Shown here: positions 15,837 through 28,884 of the stretch, piece by piece
Numbering within the stretch: position 1 is the stretch's first letter
How the letters are laid out: the number at the start of each line of letters is the position of its first letter
Source of the DNA: the human T2T-CHM13v2.0 reference genome, Homo sapiens
Reading direction: 5' to 3' (one strand)
NCBI RefSeq assembly: GCF_009914755.1
Contig: NC_060938.1
Length of the DNA stretch: 64,000 nucleotides
Made by a program: the position numbers and the translations under genes
Notes under the pieces: model-generated
Databases searched by the model: none
Seen by the model: only the letters and a program-made list of their open reading frames with translations
Told to the model about the DNA's origin: nothing

Positions 15837-18800
15837 TTGTAGATAGTAAAAGATTTCTTAAAGAAACCCCTAAAAAACATAAACCACAAAGGAAAAATAT
15901 TGGCAAATTTGACTAAATTAACATAAGCAATCTATCAGACATTATTATCAAAGTGTAAAGACCAGCTCCAAACTGTGAATAGACTGTTGCAACATATATA
16001 AAACAATAACTTTAGAAATTAATTTTCAAAACCCACCCAAACCACAATCCCATAGAAAAACAGGCAAAGGACCCAATGTTTCCAGAAGAGGACACATGAA
16101 TGGCCAACGCACACGTGGAAATGTGGTAGGCCTCCCATGAAATCAAATTTAAAACTACTGCGATCTGCTTCACTGTTTTCATTTGGAAAAAATTAAAAAG
16201 TCTGACAATTCCAAATATAGATGAAGGCACAGAGAAACAGGGATCTTCAGACACTGCTAGGGAACGTGTGAAGTGAACAATGACCTTGGAGACCTCTTAA
16301 AGATGTGTGACTCCCACGACCCAGCAGTCCTGCTTCAATTGCATATGCCCTCATGTGGGCAGAGGGACACACACAAGTCTGTTCACAGAAGCGAGACGTA
16401 AAATCCACATGAATCTGACAACAGGAGAATGGATAAATGCAAGCAAACTGCACAGCAGTTCAGATACATGAGGTAGCTATTTTCTTTACATGCCTATTTC
16501 TCAAAAAAAAAAAAAAAAGCAAGCTGTTAGGTGATGTGGACAGTATAATACTGTTCGTACAAAATTAAAAGACGTAAATCCCGCAGTCTATCTTGTTTAT
16601 GAATATATACGTATATAATAGTTGAAAAGGGTCGGTGGAAATGCTGAACACCAAATTCCCAGGGATGCTCCCTTTGGCAAGTGGTGGAGGGTAATGAGAT
16701 TGGGAATAGGAATACAGGGGGTTTCAATGCTACTGTTGATCTTCTCTTAGGGAAAAGCCAAACACAACTTGTGTGTTTGTTCTGGTGACCTAGAGCAGAG
16801 GAATCATGCTTACTTTGGCTTGTGTGTCAGGAGTTTTGGAGTTTGGACTTGGTGTGCCTTGTCAGCTTGGGTATGCAGGAGCCATGTTCCCTGATCCCCA
16901 GGTACTTCCTCCACTTGCACAGGTCCTGGGGTCAGGTCAGGGACATCCATCTCCTAGCCTGCTGGCATCCGTGACTGTTGTGATCCTTGGTTTACCCCAA
17001 GGGACAGGGACGGGCAAGGACTTTTTCAGACTCTAGATTCCTGAGATTGTAGGCCTGGTTGCCTTTCAGGGGGAAAGGGGCACATTTGTTTTTTTTATTT
17101 TTCCCTCCTGCTTAAGTTCCAAGAGCACAGCATAGACCTTGCTTTTGGACATCTGTGTACCCCATTTAAGGGACTCGTTCGAGTGTCCGTCAATGCACAG
17201 ATTGGAGGCAGAAGCTGAGGGAGCTGTGAGGGGCCTCAACACAGTCTCTATGAAGTGGAAAACTTCTGGGACCCCAGTGGCTTCCATCTTGTCCTGGTTG
17301 AGCTTCCTACATCATGGCTGGGAGACCTGTGGAAGTGCTTGGGTTGTGTCCAAGCCCATTGTCCCCATGGCCATTGGCTCTGGGCTCTGCTGTGAGTCCG
17401 ATGGTGGCAGGGGGAGCAGATGAACTTGGGGCAGCAAGGATGGTCAAAAGAGGCCAGTTCCTGCTGGCATAGCACTCTCTTCTCTGTGCCTGACAAGCCA
17501 TACTCACTTCAACTGTGAGGGCGTTTTCTCTTGCCTGTTTGTCACCTACATTTTTTGAAACTTGTCTAGTGGCCTTCCTTGAGGAGGGAGCTGCCGTCCC
17601 TGGCTGCATTGAGGGGTCTGCTTGGTGGCCTGGCCTCCTGGGATGGCAGGCTGTCCCCAGACTGACTCCACCTATGAGGCAGAGTGAGTGGAGGGAGACA
17701 CAGTTTCCCACAAACTCTGGGAAACCTCTGGCAAGTCTCTGACCTCAGCCTCTTCATGTGTAAAATGGGATCTGTGTCTTACAATTCCTTCCAGTTCTAA
17801 ATGGGATGTAGAGTATTGTGCTTATCTCAAACTGGGGCCTTTGGGCTACAGCTGGCCCTTTGACATGTATTGTTTGGTTTGCACATTTAAAAAAATGGAA
17901 TGAGTTGCTGATTTCACATAAAATGGATATTTTACCTTCTTTTGAAAAGTGGGAAGCTCTGGCTCCCACACAATACTTGCTGCTGAGACACGGGTGTCTG
18001 CCCATGCCTTTGAGGCTGTCTGGCCATTTTGTTTGTGGAAATGCTGACCTGGAAGATATTTCAGTAAAAGCACAGGTTCCGGAGCCACCCAGACCTGGAG
18101 CCAATGTATTGACCTCTCTAAGATTCAGTTTCCTTACCTCTAAATGCTACTTGTTACATGCTGTCCCCCAGGGTGCTGTAGGAGGATCACATATACTTAT
18201 CCAGGTAAGGTGTTTAGCACTGTGCCTGGCTGTTTCTTATAATCGTTGTCATTATTATAATGCATGTAACAAGTTGTCCCAAATTGGAATGGGATTTGAA
18301 GTCTGGCAGCACATGAAGGTAGATGACCAGATTCCCATTCCGACAGTGGGATCTGAGACATGGTTTAATGTGCATGGGAGGGTTGTTTGTTGGGAAGGAG
18401 TTTTATGGCAGAAGGTGGCTGTCCCAGCAGAGCTTATCTCTTGTGGGGGTCTAGGTAAAAATGACAGTCATCAGGGGTCTGGACAAGGAGGTTGAGCAGG
18501 AGAGCATGAGGGGTCATGTTCTTGAGTCACCAGAGGCTCTGCCTGGGTGGGGCCTAGAGCCACAGCAATGTAGGCATTGTGGCAGAGGCCTCAATAGTGG
18601 CCACTGGCGATGGGGCTGGGACATCTGGCCACTCACACTTAAAAGCACAGTTGCCTTCCACGTCCCCTGCTCTGCTTCTTCCACAGAAACACAAAGCCCT
18701 CAGAGTACCCCTTCGCAGGCCCCTGACTTCTGCATCCCTCATACACCAAAATTCAGATATACTCTAGGATTCTTGGGACACACAGGCTGCCATGAGCCTT

Positions 18801-19059
18801 GTCCAGAAGCCAGATCCAAGACCAAGGGCTTGCTTTGTAGCAGAGAGGATGTGGATTAGACAGAGGAAAGCATTTTCTCACAGTGAGGTAGTTGAACATT
18901 GAAATACCTTTCCGTGGGTGATGGCACAAGCCAAATGCCCTCTTTGTGCCTCTCTTCCCATTGACTACTAAAGTGAGGGCTGAATCATATGGAAAAAGAG
19001 CCCAGAGCTTCTCAGATGGCAGATCCTGTTAAACCCCAACTCTCATTCACTCTCACTTT

Positions 19060-19477
<418 letters not shown>

Positions 19478-20467
19478 TAGGAGTAGGGTGCTGACAGACA
19501 CAAGCAGATGGACTTTCTGGGTTCTGCTGCTATACCTGGCATTGAATAGCGTCTCCACGGAGGACTAAACCAGGGGGGACTGGCTTGAGACTGAGGTTTC
19601 ACTGAAAGCAAGAGCTTCTGCTAGTGAGTTTTCTTTAGCTTCAGCACAGGCTGCTGGAGCTGGAGCAGGTCTGAAGTAGCTCCTCTGGCAGATGTTCAAG
19701 ACTAGAGTCTCCCCAGTTTGGAAGGATGAGCATCAACCAGCCCCTGTGTGCTGCGTCTCCAGGAGCGAGCCCTTGCTGATTTCTGCTTATAATGCTTTGG
19801 GCAGGGGGTTAGGGGGTGCTGCTGTCTTCCCCTTATCAGGGTGGCTGAGATGGGGCTGGCCTATCTGGAGTGGGTGCTGGGAAACTCTAGGATCTCCCTG
19901 GTTGTGCCTTTGCATGGAAATGTCATTGCATCTGATGGGGAATGAGGGACTTTAAAGAGAAAACATCTTAGATGACCAGGTAATTGGGAGGACCTTTTGG
20001 AAATTCTTGCCCGCTTTGCAGGAATTTGAGGTGCTCATTTGGTTCCAAGTCACCTTGATCTCCCTGATGATGTTTGGAACGAATCACACTACCTTTTAAA
20101 TCTCTGGGCTCAAAGCAGGCAACTTGTCCACTGTTGTAGGTGGATGCAGTTCTCCAGAGGTTCCTTTGGCTTTAATCAGTGCTCCTTTAAGACAATCCTT
20201 GAGACACCTCTGGAAGCAAGGAGATCACCACGAGCTTCCTGGACCAGTATGGTCCCTTTGGCTTGGTGCCTAAACCAGACGTACCCCAACTCCTGCCCCC
20301 ATCCCAGCATAAGCTCTTGGCAATAAATGCCAGACTTCCCCTGCCCTAGCCTCCACCCAGCCTGCATTCACTCCTTTTCCTGGCTTTAGCCCAGCTCTTC
20401 CCCTCAATTGTGACATATCTAATGTAGCTCCTGTCCCAGGCTGTTCCCTCCTCACCCCCAGGCCTAC

Positions 20468-20823
20468 CTGAGGTTCATGTCCCCCTTCATGGCCAGACTG
20501 AAGACATTGGACAGGTTCCCTCCAGGTGAGCAGCCACAGACCAAGATGGCCAGTGCCTCAATGTTCTTCAGCCGGAAGACCTTGCCCAGCACAAAGGCCG
20601 TGAGGGGCATGATGCCATACTGTGCCACCAGGGCGATGGCCAGCCCTTTAGGCTTCCATAAGTGAGCCTTGATCTTGCTGAACTCCATGGTGCAGCCCAG
20701 CGAGAGCATGATGAAGAACAACATGAACACCAGGATGACGCTCAGTGCCAGGTCTGTGGGGCGCTTGCCAAAGTTGGGTGGCAGGGTGAAGTTGAATGGG
20801 GCAGACGCGTTGTGGGCCTCCAT
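20468..20823 (-). CDS. SLC10A1: SLC10A1/NTCP exon 1 coding part (codons 1-119, 356 nt)
   Basis: Translation [60 protein letters not shown]...MKGDMNL is the NTCP N-terminus. ATG context is GGAGGATGG and the donor is CAG|GTAGGC at 20468/20467. Confidence 0.99.
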
Positions 20824-21000
20824 CCTCCTGTGAGGCAGTGGAAGACCACTCCTTGTTCTCCGGCTGACTCCGTTTCTTGTGCAGTTCTTGCTGGATGCCT
20901 TCTTTAATCACCTCTCAGGACAGAGAGTTTCTGGACAAAAGCTCTGGGCAAATAGAAGGGTTATGCAACTATCTGAGCTATTTCTCTGGCTGTCGCCCCA
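20824..21000 (-). promoter_or_regulatory. SLC10A1: SLC10A1 5'UTR and proximal liver promoter
   Basis: Immediately upstream of the ATG. Contains an HNF1-like GTGATTAAAG (about 20902-20912), a GRE-like AGGACAgagAGTTTC (20917-20931), a FOXA motif TATTTGC (20948-20954) and a C/EBP motif TTGCATAA (20961-20968). No clear TATA box, and the exact TSS cannot be read from sequence. Confidence 0.7.
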
Positions 21001-23274
21001 AAGAGGAACAGCCCAGAACCTTATCTGCCTGCCCTAGCTCTCCCAAGCTCCCTGACCTCTGCTGGATTCCTGGGTGCTACTTGTACTCCTCCCTTGTCAC
21101 TTTGCTGCTTCTGGGCTTATTTCTCCCCTTTGCCCTCCACTGAGTGTGCCTCATGGGCATTCATTCAGTTACTGGGGACCTGCCCAGGGCCCACCTGAAT
21201 CTAGGTCCAGCCCATCTCCTTCCCTGCAGCTCCTTTTCCCAGCTCCGCTCTTGATTCCTTAGTTTCTTGGTTGGGGGAAGGTGCCCTCCCCATGTCCAGT
21301 GGGTTATCATTTGTCCCCAGAACCCATGAGAGTGAAAGGAGCTGGGTGTTGCCTTTGGTTCCTAGATACAGGTAGCATAGTCCAAGGGGGTGTGGGACAG
21401 GCAATGTCACTGGCCTCCAGGAGGGGATGTGTCCATGACCCTTTTCCTGGGAGCTGAGAGGATGCCAGTATCCTCCCTGCCTGTTCTGGGGAAATGTTTG
21501 TTTTATCCCCAAACTGGGACTGTATGAGTCCCAGGGAGGAATACTGGTGGTGGCTGCTCCACACTACCTGGAATGCTTACCATCAGAGGGAATAACCAGC
21601 TGGGATGGTGGGTGGGCTCTCAGGAAGCTTGGAGGCTCTTTCCCCGAAAAGCAACCTGAGAGAACCCTGGCTGTGGAGATTGCTTTGTGCCCGAGGAGGC
21701 CCATTGCTTGCAAAACTTGCTGAGAAGGAAGCAGGAATGCAGTCTTTTCTTCCTGACTTCCTGATTGCTTTACTTTTGCACTGGGCCTGTGTGTTTCAGG
21801 CTGGGAGCCAGGCTTGGGGCGTGGAGCAGAAGCAGAGAGAGGTGGGCATGCCAGGGGCGGGGCCACCTAGTGTGTGAGGTTATCCTAGGCCTTGCTCTTT
21901 CCATCTATCCCCACTGCAGAGGTGGGACAAGGGAGGAGGGGTCTCCTTCAGAAACACAATTGCTTCTTGGCTTGGTTGGAACCTAGGAGGCCTGGGTGGG
22001 GTCTGAAACAGGTGATTAGGCTTTGTATGTAGGACTCCAGAGGGCAGAATAGGGACCAGGGTGTGAACCACTGTTGGGTGGAGGTGGGGACAGATTTTGG
22101 CTTGGTGCAAGGAACCACCTGAAAATGAGAGCTCTCCAAGAATGGCCTTGAGGCCTCTGGAATCCTGCTTGGATAAGGGTTGGATGGCAGGATCCATACA
22201 TATTGCATCATATCCATGAAAAGGCTGCTCCCTGGGCTTGCGCGGTGGGCAGCCTGCGGGGCCGTATACTGTGGCCCTGGGTGACATGAACTTGAAGCCT
22301 CTTTTCCTTTGAGAGTCTCTGCTAATGATTTCCTGGTGCTTGAGTTGGGCTGGTATCAAAGGGAGGGCAGGCAGAGGACTGGGCACTGGATGTGATGCCT
22401 GGACTGAGCGTTCCCACAGGGTAGGGTTGAGTCTCAGAGGAGGCTGCTTCCTCTCCCTGGGGCTAATCAGAAGGGAACAGAGTTGCTAGGGGAGAATTAT
22501 TGATCACTAACTGAGTACCAGGCACCATGGGAGGCAAAAAAAATAAAAATAAATAAATAAAAAAAACTATATAATTCATGTTCCTGTTCTCAGGGACCTG
22601 ATGGTCTGTACAAGACCACAGATGGCCAGATGGTACACAATGCAATATGGAAGCACGTGAGGGTGGAGGCCATGCAGGGCTGCCAGGTACACCTGTTCAG
22701 GTTGGGCACTACACAATGCTAGGGACGCCACTCTACAGATGTCTTGTGCAACCGTACATGAGGCCTTGAAGTCAAAGGGAGACGTTAGGTTTTTACACAT
22801 TTGCCTGATGCCAAAGGGTGAGGAGGAATTGACCAATATCTGTTAAAGATCAGGGTCTGGGCATGTGTCTATTGTGCACATCCAAAGAGAAGAAGAGTTC
22901 CTATGAACACATTTGTAACCTGGATTCTAAACCACGTAGTCTCTATCAACTCTTCCTCCTCACCTCTTCTCAGGAACCCAAAATCCTTCCACCTCCTACT
23001 GTGAGTTTTTCCCTTTGAGAAAACAGTTTCTTGCCCTGGCTGCCCCTCCTCCCACTCCTTCCCATTCCCTCTGTTCCTAGCAATGTGACTTTGCAGAGAA
23101 TGGAAAAATCTCTTCCAGGAACCTGACACCCTCCATTCTTTTCCCCATATCCCCTCAGAATCTACTCTAATTTAATACAATTTTGGAAACAGGAAGATCT
23201 TTTTGTGTTATGTTAATGATACCTGAGAGTTGTTGAGCACATGCTGTGTGATGGATGCTGTGATTTAAATTACA

Positions 23275-24980
23275 TTTCTTTTTAACTTTTATTTTAGATT
23301 TAGGGGTACATGTACAGGTTTGTTGTTACAGACAAACTTGTGTTATGGGGGTTTGGTGCACGGACCACTTTGTCACCCAGGTACTAAACATAGTACCTGA
23401 TAGTTCTGATAGTTATTTTTCCTGATTCTCTCCCTTCTTCCACCCTCCTCCCTCAAGTAGGCCCCAGTGTCTGTTGTTCCCTTCTTCGTGCCCATTAGTT
23501 CTCATTATTTAACTCCCACTTATCAGTGGGAACATGCAGTATTTGGTTTTCTGTTCCTGCATTAGTTTGCTAAGAATATTGGCCTCCAGCTCCATCTGTG
23601 TTCCTGCAGAGAACATGATCTCATTCTTTTTTACGGCTGTATAGATTCCATGATGTATATGTACCACATTTTCTTTATCCAGCCTACTGTTGATGGGCAT
23701 TTAGGTTGATTCTATGTCTTTGCTATTGTGAATAGTGCTGCAATGAACACACGTGTGCATGTGTCTTTATGGTAGAATGACTTATATTCCTTTGGGTATA
23801 TACCCAGTAATGAGATTGCTGAGTTGAATGGTAGTTCTGTTTTTAGTTCTTTGAAAAATTGCCACACTATTTTCCACAATGGTTTAACTAATTTACCCTC
23901 CCACCAGCAGTGTATAAGTGTTCCCTTTACCTTGAATGTAAATGGGCTAAATGCCCCAAATAAAAGGCACAGAGTGGCAAGCTGGATAAAGAAGCAAGGC
24001 CGAACAGCATGCTGTCTTCAAGAGACCCATTTAACATGCAATGACACCCATAGGCTTAAAATAAAGGGATGGAGAAAAATCTACCAAGCAAATGGAAATC
24101 AGAAAAAAGCAGGGGTTGCAATCCTAATTTTAGACGAAGCAGACTATAAGCCAACAAAGATGAAAAAAGACAAAGAAGGGCATTACATCATGGTGAAGGG
24201 TTCAAATCAACAAAAAGGCCTAACTGTCCTAAATATAGATGCACCAACCGCAGGAGTACCCAGATTCATAAAGCAAGTTCTTTTTAAAAAATAAATAATT
24301 GAAATTTATTTTTTATAATTCTGGAGGCTGGAAAGTCTAAGATCAAGGTGCTGGCAGATTCAGTATCTGATGAGGGCTGCTCTCTGCAGATAATGCCTTG
24401 TTGCTGCATCCTCCAGAGGGGGTGAATGCATAAAGCAAGTTCTGAGAGACCCATGAAGAGACTTAGACTCCCACACAATAACAGAGGGAGACTTCAACAC
24501 CCCACTGACAGTATTAGACAGATCATCAAGGCAAGACGAATCATCAAAGCAAAGATACTCAGGACCTGAACTCAACACTTGACTGAATGGACCTAGTAGA
24601 CATCTATAGAACTCTCCACCCCAAAACAACAGAATATACATTCTTCTCATTGCCACATGGCACATTCACTAAAATCAACCAAAGAATTGGACATAAAGCA
24701 ATTCATAGCCAATGCAAAAAACAAAAATAAAATTATACCAATCACACCCTTGGACAACAAAGCAATAAAAATAGAATTGAGTACAAAGAAAATTGCTCAA
24801 AACCATACATTTACATGGAAATTAAACAGCCTCCTCGTGAATGACTTTTGGGCAAATAAATTAAGGGAGAAATCAATAAGTTATTTGAAACTAATGAGAA
24901 CAAAGATACAGCATACCAGAATCTCTGGGATACAGCTAAGGCAGTGTTAAGAGGGAAATGTATAGCACTAAATGCCCACG
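23275..24980. mobile_element. 5'-inverted L1 (antisense 3' end 23275-23927 fused to sense ORF2 endonuclease 23928-24980), inserted in a MIR
   Basis: The minus-strand L1 3'UTR/ORF2 end joins [10 protein letters not shown]...CCLQETHL...[26 protein letters not shown] sequence continues on both flanks. Confidence 0.85.
24282..24428 (-). mobile_element. MaLR (MST/MLT1-type) LTR 3' fragment with a 15-bp TSD
   Basis: GAAATTTATT...TTCTGGAGGCTGGAAAGTCTAAGATCAAGGTG flanked by an exact CATAAAGCAAGTTCT repeat (24267-24281, 24429-24443). Confidence 0.8.
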
Positions 24981-25607
24981 TTTTTATTTAGTCTTCACAA
25001 TAGCCTTATGAGATAAGATGCTATTGCTATCCTTATTTTATAGGTTAGGAAAAGGCTTAGAGTGGTTAAATAATCTGCCCAATTTGCATGGCTAGTGAGT
25101 GGTACAATTGGTATTCATGCCCAGCCTGGTTCCGGGCCCCAGCTGCTCTTCTGACCTGCTCCTTCTTTTGCCTCATCCTGTCTCCCGAGTTAGCCTGCTT
25201 TTTGAGACCTGAAAGCTTTGACTGGAAAAGATCCTGTGATTGCATATTTTTTCCAAACTGGCCTAGACTTGTTCTTTCACAGGCTGGATGTAGCAAGCAA
25301 CACAACAAACACAACATCCAAACAATCATGGGGGGGTAGTGGTGGCTGTGTAAATTTTACTTAAGGGACATTTTAATTTCATCTCTGGCAAAAGTCAGCT
25401 ATTTTCCCAGATTCTGAAGTGGCATAAAAAGCCTTCAGTCAGCCATTGCTCTTGACAGTAGAATTCTACTTGTAGAAAATTATCCTATAGAGATAATTGC
25501 TTGAGGATCTACGTAAAGAGATTTTCACTGCAGCATTGCTTTGTAATAGTGAACTATTGGAAATAACCTAAATATCTATTAGTAGGTGATTGGTTATGGC
25601 CCATTTA

Positions 25608-26290
<683 letters not shown>

Positions 26291-26659
26291 GAGGCTATTT
26301 CTCCCTTCCTTTTCTAGAAATCATTCAAAAGCAACAAGGAAAATGGGGAAAAATTCCATAGACAATAATTTTTTGGTGAAACGGGGACACATACCATTTG
26401 CAGACTCCAGAATGCGTGAAAAGGCTGCCGGTGTCACCATTAGGCAGCACTCACTAGGGAGAAAGAGAATGCAGAGGGGGTGGATGTCAGGAAGCTCTAG
26501 GAATATGTATACCTCCTGCAGGTGGAGGATGCAACCTCAAGTGCAAAAGAGATCTCCTTCCTTTGTAACAACAGCTATGGGAATTGGGTGAGCAAGGCTG
26601 ACAGCAGAAGCCATCTTATACCCCGCTCAGGTTCATACAGCCCGTAGAAGCGGACGTTT

Positions 26660-27065
26660 TAGCTATCCATTGCTGTATAACAAACCACCCCCAAATTTGG
26701 TGATTTTAAACATTTATTTGTTATTCTCTTTCACAGTTCTGGGATATGACAGGTTCAGCTGATGGCTTTTGCTTGGGGTCCTCATATGGTTGCTGAGGAT
26801 AAGTCATCTGCATCGTGATCTCAGAGTAGTCAGACTTCTTATCTGGTAGCTGATGGCCCCAGAGCAATTGCTCCACGAGGCTTAAGTCAAAGCTGCAAGG
26901 CATCTTATGACCTAGTATGGAAGGCCTACAATGTCACTTTCAGCACATTATATTTTGTCAAGCAATTTACTAAGAGTGTCCCAGATTTGAGGGATGGGAG
27001 AAATAGACTCCACCTCTAAATGGGAAGAGTAGCAAAGAATTTATGACCATCATTAACTGTCCACA
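26660..27065. mobile_element. Old MLT1-type LTR
   Basis: Motifs CTATCCATTGCTGTATAACAAACCACCCCCAAA and GAAATAGACTCCACCTCT, typical of old MLT1 LTRs. Confidence 0.55.
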
Positions 27066-27885
27066 TGGGGCTATACAAAAAATCAAATGGATGAGCAGTA
27101 GTTGTATGAAGCAGTCTGTGTCTATGGCTGATGGTGGTGGAGGGAAGCCAGCTATCCTAAAAGGATACCTTGTCCCGCCCCCCAACAGAGCCTCATGCAA
27201 ATAACTTGCCCACTCAATAATGAGTGACACATAGCATCAAATTAAATCCACTATAAGGTGAAGGAGGAAAAAAGAGTGTCAAACATTTCCAACAATTGAA
27301 GAATACTTACCAGAAAAAATTGACATAGAGCAGCTGAAAAAAGCATTAGGCAATTGAATTTTAAAAAGTGAATGCAGTAATTGCTTCTATGAAGAAAGAC
27401 CACAAAACAGAAATACATTAACAGATTTTTTTTTTAATTACCATTTTGCAACCCCTAATATAGCAATTGGTTTAGGTAGGGATCATCAATAGATGTGAAA
27501 ACCCTTGAGTAAAAGGCAATTGGGGAATAATATATTCATGGTGATAAAGTATCACCACATGGAGTAATTATAGAGGGAAGATATGTACCTTTACATTGGA
27601 GAAACCTAGCAGTTACCCATTTTAACCAAGTGGTCAAACTTGGAATTACTGATATCAAGACAGCCTAAACTCATGTGCCTCCTGATGGAATGCAATATGA
27701 AATTCACAACATCATTACAGGCAAAATGTTTAATCTGAATTTTATCAAGTCTTTGGACCTAGCTGGCAATTTATCAGAAATACAAATGCTAGATAAACAA
27801 ATGAAATATAAAGAAACAACCTGACAAATCTAGTCTATGGGATATTTTATAAAACAACTGGCATGGATTCTCTTTTTTTTTTTTC

Positions 27886-27998
27886 ACATGTAGGGAGGAC
27901 ACAAGTTTTGTGCCCCTTGTCACAATGACCCCAGATTCCTGTTTGGTGTATTGTAAACAGAGGAGCCACTCTTCAACCTCCCTGCCCTAAGCAAACCC
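27886..27998 (-). ncRNA. SNORA11: H/ACA box snoRNA retrocopy (SNORA11/U107-like)
   Basis: Minus strand shows a hairpin, H box ACAGGA (27942-27937), a second hairpin, then ACA (27891-27889) followed by TGTG and a poly(A) tail (T12 at 27873-27884). Degenerate TSD CTGGCATGGATTCTC / CTGGCATATACTCTT. The family name is recalled from sequence resemblance. Confidence 0.75.
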
Positions 27999-28070
27999 TG
28001 GCATATACTCTTAAAGAAGTAAATGTCATAACAAAAGTTGGAGATCTAGTCTAGATTAAAAGAGAATAAA

Positions 28071-28436
<366 letters not shown>

Positions 28437-28525
28437 TTAAAAACATTTTTTGAGGTAATTGGGGAAATTTGAGTATAGATTATATATTAGATGATATTAT
28501 AAAGTTATTGTTAAATTAGTATGGT

Positions 28526-28884
28526 TGCTATGGTCTGACTGCTTGTGCCCCCCTAAGATTCATATGTTGAAACCTAATCACCAATGTGATGGGAGGTGGG
28601 GTTGTTGGGAGGTGATTAGGTCATGGGGGCAGAGCTCTCATGAATGGGTTTTGTGGCCTTATAAAAAAGGACCCATAGAGCTGCCTTGCCCCCTCCACCA
28701 TCTAAGGGCACAGCAAGAAGGTACCATCTGTGAACCAGAAAGTAGGCCTTCGACAGACACTGAATCGTGGGTGTCTTGATTTTGGACTTCCCAGCCTCTG
28801 GAACTGTGAGAAATAATTTTCTGTTGTTTACAAGCTACCCTGTCTATGGTAATTTATTCTAGCAATTCAAATGGTCTAAGATAG
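28526..28884 (+). mobile_element. MLT1A-type MaLR solo LTR
   Basis: TGCTATGGTCTGA...CCCCTAAGATTCATATGTTGAAACCTAA...GGACTTCCCAGCCTCTGGAACTGTGAGAAATAA. Confidence 0.75.

Noticed and set aside
17818-18495. 225-aa plus-strand ORF antisense to intron 1
   Set aside because: Non-ATG start, overlaps MIR-like sequence and has no domain signature.
20648-20911. Possible overlapping uORF of SLC10A1
   Set aside because: It starts at GTG near or beyond the probable TSS, and I see no upstream ATG in the UTR.
23824-24294. 156-aa ORF with endonuclease motifs as a candidate domesticated gene
   Set aside because: Chimera across an L1 inversion junction, with a TTG start, truncated by the MaLR insert.
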